Part shown: in pieces, positions 45,491 to 54,312 of the stretch | Position numbering within the stretch: the stretch's first letter is position 1 | Layout: each line of letters starts with the position of its first letter | Source: Patescibacteria group bacterium | Lineage (GTDB): Bacteria > Patescibacteriota > UBA1384 > 2-12-FULL-50-11 | Length of the DNA stretch: 64,000 nt | Reading direction: 5' to 3' | Assembly: GCA_016861245.1 (NCBI GenBank) | Contig: BOKZ01000001.1 | Location: forward strand, 347,382 to 411,381 | Made by a program: the position numbers and the translations under genes | The notes under the pieces: generated by a model | Told to the model about the DNA's origin: nothing | Seen by the model: only the letters and a program-made list of their open reading frames with translations | Database searches by the model: none

Positions 45491-46083
45491 TGGGTAATCG
45501 TCGGGCGTTTACGATAATTGAACTAATAGTTGTTGCCGGTCTCGGTTCTATTCTGGGCGCTATCGTTATTTCGGTGGTCGTAAAGAGTCTCTCAGATAAT
45601 CGTCGGGTGGAGGCAACCTCGCTAGTCCAACGCGATATTAATCTGGGGGTGGACAATATTAATAAAGTGTTGCGAAGCACCACCCAAATATTGGAGGCGA
45701 CTAATACAACGTTACGAGTGCGGGCGTATCGTAACGTTGGCGACGCCGCGCCTAGCGAGATTTACTACCGGATTGACACCCATAACGGCGAGCAAGCCGT
45801 TAGATACGATGTAACCCCGGCCAGCGGCACAGCGCCAAATTACACCTACGACCCTCAAGACACTGAAACATTTACTCTTCTTCCGAAGGTCACAAATAGC
45901 GATCTTCTACCTCTATTTAAGTACTACAACGAAGAGAACGTGTTGCTGCCCGTACCGGTTTCGCTATCGGAGGTGAGGGTTATCGAGGTGCTGCCAAGCT
46001 GTCTTGATATTACTGGTATGTTAACCAACCCGATAACTGTTACCACAAAAGCCACGCTGAGAAATTTTAAAACCAATTTATGA
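45490..46083 (+). CDS. type IV minor pilin-like protein
   Basis: MGNRRAFTIIELIVVAGLGSIL.. prepilin N-terminus; ATGA overlap with upstream gene. Confidence 0.65.
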   Translation: MGNRRAFTIIELIVVAGLGSILGAIVISVVVKSLSDNRRVEATSLVQRDINLGVDNINKVLRSTTQILEATNTTLRVRAYRNVGDAAPSEIYYRIDTHNGEQAVRYDVTPASGTAPNYTYDPQDTETFTLLPKVTNSDLLPLFKYYNEENVLLPVPVSLSEVRVIEVLPSCLDITGMLTNPITVTTKATLRNFKTNL

Positions 46084-47495
46084 AGATATTCCAACGAAAA
46101 AAGTCTGGCTATTACTTGCCGTTAATTATGACGATCGCTGCAGTTGTGTTTATTATCACAACTGCCATTCTTTCGTTGGCGTTCGGTAACTTTCGAATCG
46201 TTAAAAAACAAGGCCAATCGACAACAGCGCTAAACGTAGCGGAAGCAGGGATAAACTATTACCTCTGGCATCTCTCGCACAACAGCCAAGATTACTGTGA
46301 CGGTAATTCTTGCACCGGGAACGGACCGTTCGGACCGTACACACATCAGTATAAAGACGTCGACGGTAACATATTAGGTGAATACGAGTTAACGATCACT
46401 CCCCCGGTTTCTGGCGGTAATACGGTTACTGTTCGATCCGTCGGCGAGACTGTAACGGGGGAGAAACGAACCATCCTTGCCAGTCTTGGCGTTCCGTCGT
46501 TTGCACAATACTCGTTTGTCACCAACTCAGAAGCTTGGTTTGGCGACACAGAAACGACTAACGGTTTGGTACACTCAAATAAGGGAATTCATTTCGACGG
46601 TGTGGCTAATGGTTTGGTAACGGCTGCTGTTTCGACGTATACACCTTCTACCTGTTTTGGCGGTGACGGCAGCGTGAAAAACGGTGTTTGGGGTACCGGC
46701 GGACCGACGACGTACTGGAATTTCCCGGTTCCACAGATCGACTTCAACCAAATCACTACTGACCTTAGCGCTCTGCAAACGGCCGCGATTGACGACGGTA
46801 TTCACCTGCCGACGTTAGTCGACAATCAGGGGAGAAAAACACATAGCGGTTACGCCTTGCAATTCAACGGCAACGGGACAGTGTTGATAGGAAAGGTCAC
46901 CGCTAGTCGCGACGCCGGAAATTCAGGAGGCACCTGCACGGCGCACAGTCGAGCCGATTCGTTAATCCAGTCTGTTGTGTGGGACGCTACCGCGACCGCA
47001 TTACCGAATAACGGTATTATATACGTCGCCGATAACGCCTGGATTTGGGGAACAATAACTTCGAGACTAACAGTTGCTTCCGGCAGATTACCTGATACTA
47101 CTTCAACTAACACTAGCGTCTATTTACAAAACGATATCGTTTACGCCGCTAAGGACGGCAGTGTGGCGCTTGGGATCGTTAGTCAATCTGATATCCGGGT
47201 TAACTCTAATAGCGAGAACGATTTAGTATTAGACGCGTATTTGCTTTCGCAGAAAGGAAAAGTTTTCCGTCCGCTGTATTCCGGAAATGTCCGGAACAGC
47301 ATTAGTATCTACGGCGGTATCGCTAGTAATTCCTGGTGGACGTGGAGTTGGGTGAACGGGAGCGGCACAGTAGTTTCCGGGTACCAAAATACAACGCAAA
47401 CGTACGATCCGTATTTAACGCTTAACCCACCGCCGCTATTTCCTAAAACCGGGTCTCACGCAATTCTTTCTTGGAAAGAAGAGCCGATTCTTTAA
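46080..47495 (+). CDS. pilus-associated large secreted protein (471 aa)
   Basis: N-terminal hydrophobic helix, ATGA-coupled to pilin genes; beta-rich Thr/Gly/Asn-rich extracellular region. Confidence 0.5.
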   Translation: MKIFQRKKSGYYLPLIMTIAAVVFIITTAILSLAFGNFRIVKKQGQSTTALNVAEAGINYYLWHLSHNSQDYCDGNSCTGNGPFGPYTHQYKDVDGNILGEYELTITPPVSGGNTVTVRSVGETVTGEKRTILASLGVPSFAQYSFVTNSEAWFGDTETTNGLVHSNKGIHFDGVANGLVTAAVSTYTPSTCFGGDGSVKNGVWGTGGPTTYWNFPVPQIDFNQITTDLSALQTAAIDDGIHLPTLVDNQGRKTHSGYALQFNGNGTVLIGKVTASRDAGNSGGTCTAHSRADSLIQSVVWDATATALPNNGIIYVADNAWIWGTITSRLTVASGRLPDTTSTNTSVYLQNDIVYAAKDGSVALGIVSQSDIRVNSNSENDLVLDAYLLSQKGKVFRPLYSGNVRNSISIYGGIASNSWWTWSWVNGSGTVVSGYQNTTQTYDPYLTLNPPPLFPKTGSHAILSWKEEPIL

Positions 47496-47806
47496 CTACT
47501 GATCAAGCCGAAGTGCCTGGTATAGCCAGTTGCCGAACGTTTCTAAGTCGTTTCTCTGTTGATCGAAAATAATTATCGCAACTAACAACAGAGTGATAAT
47601 ACCGATACTGACTGAAGTGCGGATTAGCTCGCGTCCGTGAGAATAAGCTGCTAGCTGAGTTGCTGGCTTAGGTTCGGCTGGCAGCGCTGCGTGCTTTTCA
47701 GGGACGGGTAATAGCGGTTCGGTCGGCGAACTTGGTTTAAGTTGTTGAAGTTGCTGCCGCTTAGCCAATATCTTTTGTAGGTTTTTCTTAGATTTTTTAC
47801 TCATTT
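47496..47806 (-). CDS. small hypothetical protein with C-terminal TM (about 103 aa)
   Basis: Start placed at MSKKSKK ATG because longer ORF-track start overlaps tRNA-Gly on the opposite strand. Confidence 0.35.
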
Positions 47807-47875
47807 CTAACTGGATACTAACCGAGTTTTCTCCTTTACACAACCGAGTTGAGCAGATAGAATATTGGTTGAATT

Positions 47876-47948
<73 letters not shown>

Positions 47949-47957
47949 CAAAAAATA

Positions 47958-47980
47958 CCCGGCGATCGCCGGGTTATAGT
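47958..47980. terminator. bidirectional terminator CCCGGCGATCGCCGGG between tRNA-Gly and convergent HD gene
   Basis: Perfect palindromic 16-nt hairpin flanked by A-run and T-rich sequence. Confidence 0.5.
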
Positions 47981-49161
47981 TGTAACGATGGGAGTTTCTT
48001 CTCTAGCAACCTCCGTATTGCCGACTTAGTTCCCTGGTTGATCTTAGCTGGATCTACAAAAATTCTGAGATACCAGCTTTCGTGTAGGATCGATTGGTGC
48101 ATGGGCAAAGTAGAACCTGCGTCGTCCAGGATCGGTAAATGGATAGCTTTGTAGCCCTTATTCTTGCCGTGATATACAGAGACGCATTCGGGTGATATTG
48201 AGAGCTCATCTGCCACCTCATCGGCAAGGATTCCTCGCGACCACGGTGTGCTGATTAACTCAGCTAACGCCTCGTCTTCATGGTCCAATGTCGCAGATAC
48301 AACCAATTCATGTTGTTGGAAGTGTTGCACACATTCAGCTAGATTCCTGGTTCTGCTGTTGCACTTGGTGAGTAACCACTGATAAGCAGCTGAATCAGTC
48401 ATTCGGAAAAACTCTGGTGGAATCTCGTCAACCCCTATCCTAGTTGCAAGATCCATTGCTCGGTGGAGCATACTGCCTGGAGCAAGATTGCGATCCGAGT
48501 ACACAAAGCTATATGTGCGTGATCGACATTCTTCCCAGCCTGGTAGCTCCGGTAGGGCACGTTCGTCTAGATATATACCCCTGGACTCAGAAAACCGGTA
48601 GCTACTAGCCAAAGTAACAGGGCTGTATGTTGGGTGGTTCACTAGACCCATACTGATGCAATACCGCAAAGAGTTATCTAGATTGTCCACGTCAATCGAT
48701 CCGTTAACGATATCGCTTAGCGGCGGATATTTGCCAGTGATCATTCGAGTAATTGTCTCGACATTTCCACCCTGACGTGTCATTTCTTCGCTCAGCTCAG
48801 AGTTTAGTAGTACATCTTCTGCAAACTCTTCGTGATCCTTGCCGTGAAGTAGTTTGAGATAGTACTCGGACATATGCGAAAACGGCGGCGTGCCGACATC
48901 GTGGCCAAGCGCAGCGAATCGGATATTAATCGCCTGATCGCTGAATCCGTGTTGCTCGCAGACAATTCGTGCTAAGTACTCGACACCAACGGAGTGCTCA
49001 AACTTCGTAGCACATAGCCCGCAGGGCAGAACCCAAGGTGGGATGGCTGAGAGAGACACTTCTCTAAGTCGGGTCATTTCCCTAGTCTGGTATAGGCGAA
49101 GATCGTCGTTGCTGACGGGGATTTGGAAGTAGAGTCGATCATTCAAGTATTTAATTGCCAA
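47974..49161 (-). CDS. HD-domain phosphohydrolase (dGTPase-like)
   Basis: H..HS.GV and LGHDVGTPPFSH HD motif. Confidence 0.65.
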   Translation of the reverse strand: MAIKYLNDRLYFQIPVSNDDLRLYQTREMTRLREVSLSAIPPWVLPCGLCATKFEHSVGVEYLARIVCEQHGFSDQAINIRFAALGHDVGTPPFSHMSEYYLKLLHGKDHEEFAEDVLLNSELSEEMTRQGGNVETITRMITGKYPPLSDIVNGSIDVDNLDNSLRYCISMGLVNHPTYSPVTLASSYRFSESRGIYLDERALPELPGWEECRSRTYSFVYSDRNLAPGSMLHRAMDLATRIGVDEIPPEFFRMTDSAAYQWLLTKCNSRTRNLAECVQHFQQHELVVSATLDHEDEALAELISTPWSRGILADEVADELSISPECVSVYHGKNKGYKAIHLPILDDAGSTLPMHQSILHESWYLRIFVDPAKINQGTKSAIRRLLEKKLPSLQL

Positions 49162-49266
49162 GGTGCTTCAACCTCCTTCAGTTGATGTCGGAAGTGTAGC
49201 AAAAGTAAATATGATCTAAAACAGCTCGTTAGCTGAAGAAAATACAGGTATAATCATCGAGTAATC

Positions 49267-49338
49267 GGCCAGGTGCCCGAGTAGTTAGGGAACGGTCTGC
49301 AAAACCGTTTTACAGGGGTGCAAATCCCCTTCTGGCCT
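49267..49338 (+). tRNA. tRNA-Cys(GCA): tRNA-Cys (anticodon GCA)
   Basis: GGCCAGGTGCCCGAGTAGTTAGGGAACGGT-CTGCAAA-ACCGT..AGGGG-TGCAAAT-CCCCT-TCTGGCCT. Confidence 0.85.
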
Positions 49339-49386
49339 CAGTTTTACCTTGACTTACTCTCTAGAGAAGGCTAATATTTTGCACAC

Positions 49387-49602
49387 ATGGCCAATACTGT
49401 CCAGGTGATCCAAATTATCGCTGCGGTAATTTTGATCGTTTCAATACTTCTTCAGCATCGTGGTACCGGTTTAGGGGGAGCGTTCGGTGGTGAAGATCTA
49501 TCATATCGGTCTCGTCGAGGCGTTGAGCGATTGCTATTTCGAACGACTATACTTTTTGCAGCCGTCTTTGTTGTTTCAGCAATTGCCCAACTCTTCTTGT
49601 AA
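49387..49602 (+). CDS. secG: preprotein translocase subunit SecG
   Basis: 71 aa, two TM helices with Gly-rich loop LLQHRGTGLGGAFGG. Confidence 0.7.
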   Translation: MANTVQVIQIIAAVILIVSILLQHRGTGLGGAFGGEDLSYRSRRGVERLLFRTTILFAAVFVVSAIAQLFL

Positions 49603-49605
49603 ACG

Positions 49606-50898
49606 ATGTTGCGCATCGTTGCGCGGGTAGCTAATAAAGTTAGCTCACTTGTCGCCCAGTACGAAAAAATTCTTCTAGCGGTTCTTTCTGTAGTGATCGT
49701 AATTAGCGGTACCTTTTGGTTCCGCCAATTTGCTGGTTCCCAAGGATCGTCGCCAACGATCGGTGGCACCTATGTAGACGGAATTGTCGGCGGAGAACGG
49801 GAGGTTCAAACTATCGCCTCAAAGCTGACGAAAACCGGACTGTTTACTATCGATGCTCAAGGGAATTTACAGAATCAGCTTATTACCAAATGGGAGGTAA
49901 ATCCGGAGAAAACGCTGTACAGCTTCCAAATCGCGCCCGAGGTTGATGGCGAGGAGATTCTCCAGAGTCTTAACGAAAATCTTGATCTCATCGGGCCGTC
50001 ACAGCTTAATTTACTAGAGGGTAATACATTAACGGTTGAGTTGATTACACCAAACAGCAATCTCCCATTGTTATTAGCACAGCCGTTATTTGATTACGGT
50101 CCGTACAAGGTCGGAAAGATGACCGAAAAAACCACTGTGTTTACTCGAAATACGCGAGCCAAAGCGCAAAGCGCGTATATTAATAAAATTATTGTCCATA
50201 CTTTCCCCGACGAAGCAGCACTGAAGAAAGCGTTCGAGAAAAAGAATATCGACGGCGGTACGCTCACCACTATTGACGCAGTGCCAGATGGTTATGAAAA
50301 AAAATCGTTCCAACTACCGCGATATTACGTATTAGTTCTTAATATCAATCGCGCTCCATTCCGAGAGTTAACCCCGCGACAACAGCTATTTACCCAGAGT
50401 TTAACTAAGCCATTCACGTTAACGGTTCCGGATGTTGAGCCATATAAAAGTATTGCCACTAAACTCAGCGTCGAATGGCAAGCGGCAAACGTTCCAGCTA
50501 CTGTCGAGTATAAGTCTCAGGAGGAGATAATTAACAAAATTAGCCCTTCAAGAGATTTTCAGGCGATGTTGGTTGGAGTAGAGTACGGCGCCGAACTCGA
50601 TCCGTACTACGTCTGGCACTCCAGCCAGCTCCGACCGCCGGCGAACAATGTTAGCGGTGTTAAAGACCAGCAAGTTGATACGCTTATCGCTCAGATTCAA
50701 GGAGAATTAAGTCCGGCAAAGCGAAGTGAGATGATTAATTCTTTGCACATTCTTCTTAAGGACTTAGGTGTCGCCTTAGTTTTAGAGCAGGAAGAGGAAT
50801 CATTCCTTTTAAAAGATTCGATTAATTACAAAGAACCGTGGCTACCGTTGGCGCTTCGCGATCGCTGGCAATCTATCAGCCAATGGTCGGTCAAGTAG
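49606..50898 (+). CDS. hypothetical membrane-anchored extracellular protein (430 aa)
   Basis: N-terminal TM then soluble domain; no confident family assignment. Confidence 0.4.
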   Translation: MLRIVARVANKVSSLVAQYEKILLAVLSVVIVISGTFWFRQFAGSQGSSPTIGGTYVDGIVGGEREVQTIASKLTKTGLFTIDAQGNLQNQLITKWEVNPEKTLYSFQIAPEVDGEEILQSLNENLDLIGPSQLNLLEGNTLTVELITPNSNLPLLLAQPLFDYGPYKVGKMTEKTTVFTRNTRAKAQSAYINKIIVHTFPDEAALKKAFEKKNIDGGTLTTIDAVPDGYEKKSFQLPRYYVLVLNINRAPFRELTPRQQLFTQSLTKPFTLTVPDVEPYKSIATKLSVEWQAANVPATVEYKSQEEIINKISPSRDFQAMLVGVEYGAELDPYYVWHSSQLRPPANNVSGVKDQQVDTLIAQIQGELSPAKRSEMINSLHILLKDLGVALVLEQEEESFLLKDSINYKEPWLPLALRDRWQSISQWSVK

Positions 50899-50941
50899 TG
50901 AAAAGTAACTCGTTCTTTGGTAAAATTATCAGGTGTAATTT

Positions 50942-51026
50942 GCCGGGGTGGTGAAACGGTAGACACGCTGGCTTCAGGTGCCAGTGAGCCTTACGGCTCG
51001 TGGAGGTTCAAGTCCTCTCTCCGGCA
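50942..51026 (+). tRNA. tRNA-Leu(CAG): tRNA-Leu (anticodon CAG)
   Basis: GCCGGGGTGGTGAAACGGTAGACACG..CTGGC-TTCAGGT-GCCAG, variable arm, T-arm GGAGG-TTCAAGT-CCTCT. Confidence 0.8.
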
Positions 51027-51039
51027 CTGTTAACATTAC

Positions 51040-51123
51040 GCGCGAGTGGTGAAATTGGTATACACGCAGCCTTGAGGTGGCTGTGGGGGCAACCCCGTGG
51101 AGGTTCAAGTCCTCTCTCGCGCA
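51040..51123 (+). tRNA. tRNA-Leu(GAG): tRNA-Leu (anticodon GAG)
   Basis: GCGCGAGTGGTGAAATTGGTATACACG..CAGCC-TTGAGGT-GGCTG, variable arm GGGGGCAACCCCG, T-arm GGAGG-TTCAAGT-CCTCT. Confidence 0.8.
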
Positions 51124-51192
51124 CTACAGAGCGACTTGAACCTAAGGTTCACTGCGACTGAGCGAAGTGAAGGAGAAGGAGCGCAGCGACTT

Positions 51193-51209
51193 TCCTCTCT
51201 CGCGCACTA
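51193..51209. repeat. 17-nt direct repeat TCCTCTCTCGCGCACTA duplicating the 3' end of tRNA-Leu(GAG) (other copy 51110-51126)
   Basis: Exact 17-mer 83 bp downstream of the tRNA copy. Confidence 0.55.
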
Positions 51210-51233
51210 ATTATCTCTGCTACACTAAACGCA

Positions 51234-51974
51234 ATGGCGATGCGTAAAAAAATTACGTTACTAATTACAGGCATTCTATTACTCTCTGGTGTGACAGTGT
51301 TTTTTCTCGGGCCGGTACTATTTGCTAGCGTGAGTTATCCTTTACCTGAAAAGTATCGAGCCTCGGTGGCTAAATGGACACAAGAATACTGCCAGGGTCT
51401 TCCTGTTACTCCAAACTTCCTGGCGGCGCTGATCATGACCGAAAGCGGTTGGCGCGAGAACGCCAAATCGTACGCTGGCGCAGTTGGCTTAACCCAGTTT
51501 ATCCCTTCGACTGCGGTTGCCACTGCCAAAAGATTAGGTGTTTCTCCGTTTACGCCGAGCGATCTAACGAAAAATCCGGATCTTTCTATTAGGTTCGGGG
51601 CTTATTACATCTGTACGAGAATTAGAGATTATAAAGGCGATATGAAGAAGGGCTTAATTGCCTATAACGGCGGCGGCGGGGCAGTGCTGGCCTACGAGCG
51701 CGGTACACCGGTACGCGGGACGGTCGGTTACGCCGAAAAGATCCTGGCAATGTGGCGCGCATATGATAAGATCTACGGCAAGTGGTGGGAAAACCCTGCC
51801 GGTGAGACGGGTAGCTTTAACGTTCAGCCCAAAACCGATATCAGTTTAATTGCGACTGTACCGATACTCGATTTTTGGCGCGGACTCCTGTCGAATCCTG
51901 TTTCAGATCAAGAGCCAGCTGAAGATGCTAGCGGCGTCAACGATCTGTGGCGAGTTTTCCTCCCTGGAAATTAA
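51234..51974 (+). CDS. lytic transglycosylase (SLT domain), membrane-anchored
   Basis: SLT catalytic region IMTESGWRENAKSYAGAVGLTQF..YNGG. Confidence 0.8.
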   Translation: MAMRKKITLLITGILLLSGVTVFFLGPVLFASVSYPLPEKYRASVAKWTQEYCQGLPVTPNFLAALIMTESGWRENAKSYAGAVGLTQFIPSTAVATAKRLGVSPFTPSDLTKNPDLSIRFGAYYICTRIRDYKGDMKKGLIAYNGGGGAVLAYERGTPVRGTVGYAEKILAMWRAYDKIYGKWWENPAGETGSFNVQPKTDISLIATVPILDFWRGLLSNPVSDQEPAEDASGVNDLWRVFLPGN

Positions 51975-53696
51975 ATGGAATTAGCGACAGTTCGAGAAAA
52001 ATTTTTACAGTTTTTTCAGAGTAAGGGCTACAAAATATTGCCCGGATCTTCGCTTGTACCAGAAAATGATCCGAGCGTCTTATTTACGACTGCTGGTATG
52101 CAGCAGTTCAAAGACTTTTACTCGCACCCCTCTGAGGCGCCTGCATCATCAGTAGCGACAGCGCAGCCAGTAATTCGAACATCCGATATCGCTGAAGTTG
52201 GTGACGATACGCATTTAACGAGTTTTGAGATGCTCGGCAACTTTAAGTTCGGCGAGGCAGAAGCCTACAAAATGAAAGAGCGAGCAATTAAAGAAGCCTG
52301 GCAGTTCGTGAATTTGGAGCTGGGTGTCGAAAAAGAACGCGTACACGCAACAGTGTTCAAGGGCGACGACACAACGCCGACGGATACTGATTCGGAAAAA
52401 ATTTGGACAGAACTCGGCGTTCGCGTCGAAAGAGCCGGTCGGGAAGATAACTTTTGGGGACCGACTGGCGACGAAGGTCCGTGCGGACCGACGAGCGAGA
52501 TTTATATCGACGGCGTTGAAGTTTGGAATCTTGTTTTTAATCAGTATTACAAACATTCAGATAACGTTCTGGTCACTAGGGATATGCAAAAATCGATCAG
52601 GCCCGAAGAATCAAAATATGTTGACGTGCAGTTTGTCGGACTTGATACCGGTTCTGGCCTAGAGCGTTTGACAGCAACGTTGCAAGGAAAAACGTCGGTA
52701 TGGCAGATCGAGCCGTTTGCCAGCTGGGTACGTATAGTTGATCCGGAGAAAGAGTACGAGAGCCGGATTATTGTTGATCATCTGCGCGCAATCTTATTTT
52801 TAATTAGCGCCGGTATCGAACCAAGCAATAAAGGACGTGGGTACATCTTGCGACGATTAATTCGCAAAGTCAGTTTTCTTGAAAGCAACCCTCAAATTCC
52901 AGCGACCATTCTCGCTGAAGTTAGAACATTTTATTCCAACCAATATCAACTATTAGATTTAGAAGAAGTGTTGGTTGTGTATAAAAAAGAACATGAGCAG
53001 TTTGAGAAAAATTTAGCTCGCGCCAAAGCCCATCTTCAACGCTGGATCGACACAAATGCAGAGAAAGATGAGCGATCAATTACCGAACTAGCGTTCTATA
53101 TGTACGAGTCGTTCGGCTTTCCGAAAGAGCTAGTTATCGAATATCTGGTGGCTCAGGGATTCTCGGTCGATGCAGGCTATTTCGAGAAGCTTTTCGCTGA
53201 GCACCAGGCAGTCTCTCGAGCGGGTCTGGCCGGACAATTTAAAGGTGGCTTAGCCGATCACGAACCCCAAACAATTAAACACCACACGGCGCATCATCTA
53301 CTACTCGCTGCCTTACAGAAAGTTCTTGGAAACGACGTTGTTCAGAAAGGCTCGAACGTTACAAGTGAGCGGTTGCGAATTGATTTTAAATTTGACCGCA
53401 AGTTAACCGATGAAGAGTTGAAAGAAGTTGAAGCGATCGTGAACGCAAAGATTGCAGAAGATTTGCCTGTTGTTCAAGAAGAAATGAGTAAAGACGAAGC
53501 GCTCGCGAGCGGTGCTCAGGCCGAATTCGGCGCCAAATACGGTGATACGGTCTCTGTGTACACGATCGGCGAGTTTTCCAAAGAACTCTGCGGCGGGCCG
53601 CACGTAAAAAAAACCGGCGAGTTAGGCCGGTTTGAAATCTTGAAGGAGGAAGCGTCCTCCCAGGGTATACGACGGATCAAAGCACGCTGCGTCTGA
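51975..53696 (+). CDS. alaS: alanine--tRNA ligase, compact form (573 aa; catalytic + editing, no C-Ala domain)
   Basis: FTTAGMQQFK, WGPTGDEGPCGPTSEIY, GLERL, editing HTAHHLL and CGGPHV motifs; far shorter than the ~870-aa bacterial AlaRS. Confidence 0.8.
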   Translation: MELATVREKFLQFFQSKGYKILPGSSLVPENDPSVLFTTAGMQQFKDFYSHPSEAPASSVATAQPVIRTSDIAEVGDDTHLTSFEMLGNFKFGEAEAYKMKERAIKEAWQFVNLELGVEKERVHATVFKGDDTTPTDTDSEKIWTELGVRVERAGREDNFWGPTGDEGPCGPTSEIYIDGVEVWNLVFNQYYKHSDNVLVTRDMQKSIRPEESKYVDVQFVGLDTGSGLERLTATLQGKTSVWQIEPFASWVRIVDPEKEYESRIIVDHLRAILFLISAGIEPSNKGRGYILRRLIRKVSFLESNPQIPATILAEVRTFYSNQYQLLDLEEVLVVYKKEHEQFEKNLARAKAHLQRWIDTNAEKDERSITELAFYMYESFGFPKELVIEYLVAQGFSVDAGYFEKLFAEHQAVSRAGLAGQFKGGLADHEPQTIKHHTAHHLLLAALQKVLGNDVVQKGSNVTSERLRIDFKFDRKLTDEELKEVEAIVNAKIAEDLPVVQEEMSKDEALASGAQAEFGAKYGDTVSVYTIGEFSKELCGGPHVKKTGELGRFEILKEEASSQGIRRIKARCV

Positions 53697-54228
53697 AGAC
53701 AAGCAGTTCGGTTAGGCGATCAGCACGATGCATAAATCGTTCAGTTGCCTGAGCAACCTCTACTTCGTTTTCATAGTTTATGTTTCGAAGTGCGAGTACT
53801 TCAGCGAGTCCAAACAATTCCATAGTGATCATAGCGGGAGCCAGGTGTTCACGAATCTTTATGGCTTCAGGGTTGGTACTCGCCAGGATTCTTTTGGCGA
53901 TCGGCTTATCTCCTGCGAAAAGGTTAGCCATCTCTATAGAATTTGGTCGGTGGCCCAACAAGGTGACACAGAGGCGTGAGTATAAGATTGATCGAGCAGC
54001 TCCCGCCTTTTGATCTCGAAGATTCTCGAGATCTGATTGGGCAAGGTTTTTGAAGAATGACCCACGTCGACACCAAAGCCTAACCTGCCCCTCAATATCT
54101 CTTTTGATTAGGTCTTGAGAGGTAGTAGCACGATCAAAGACCTCTTCACCGTATGAACTTAGAATGTCGAGTGGTGGCGATTGCAGTGAGTTATTAAGGA
54201 ACTCCAGTATTTCCAGTTTTGCAGACAC
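53677..54228 (-). CDS. hypothetical helical protein (183 aa)
   Basis: Convergent with alaS, 20-nt 3' overlap. Confidence 0.4.
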   Translation of the reverse strand: MSAKLEILEFLNNSLQSPPLDILSSYGEEVFDRATTSQDLIKRDIEGQVRLWCRRGSFFKNLAQSDLENLRDQKAGAARSILYSRLCVTLLGHRPNSIEMANLFAGDKPIAKRILASTNPEAIKIREHLAPAMITMELFGLAEVLALRNINYENEVEVAQATERFMHRADRLTELLVFRRSVL

Positions 54229-54312
54229 AATTTTCTCCTAAATATGAACGAGGTAATTTTACTGATAATCACGTTGCTTGTCCAGGGTCAAACTGGTATT
54301 TTGAGGATACGA

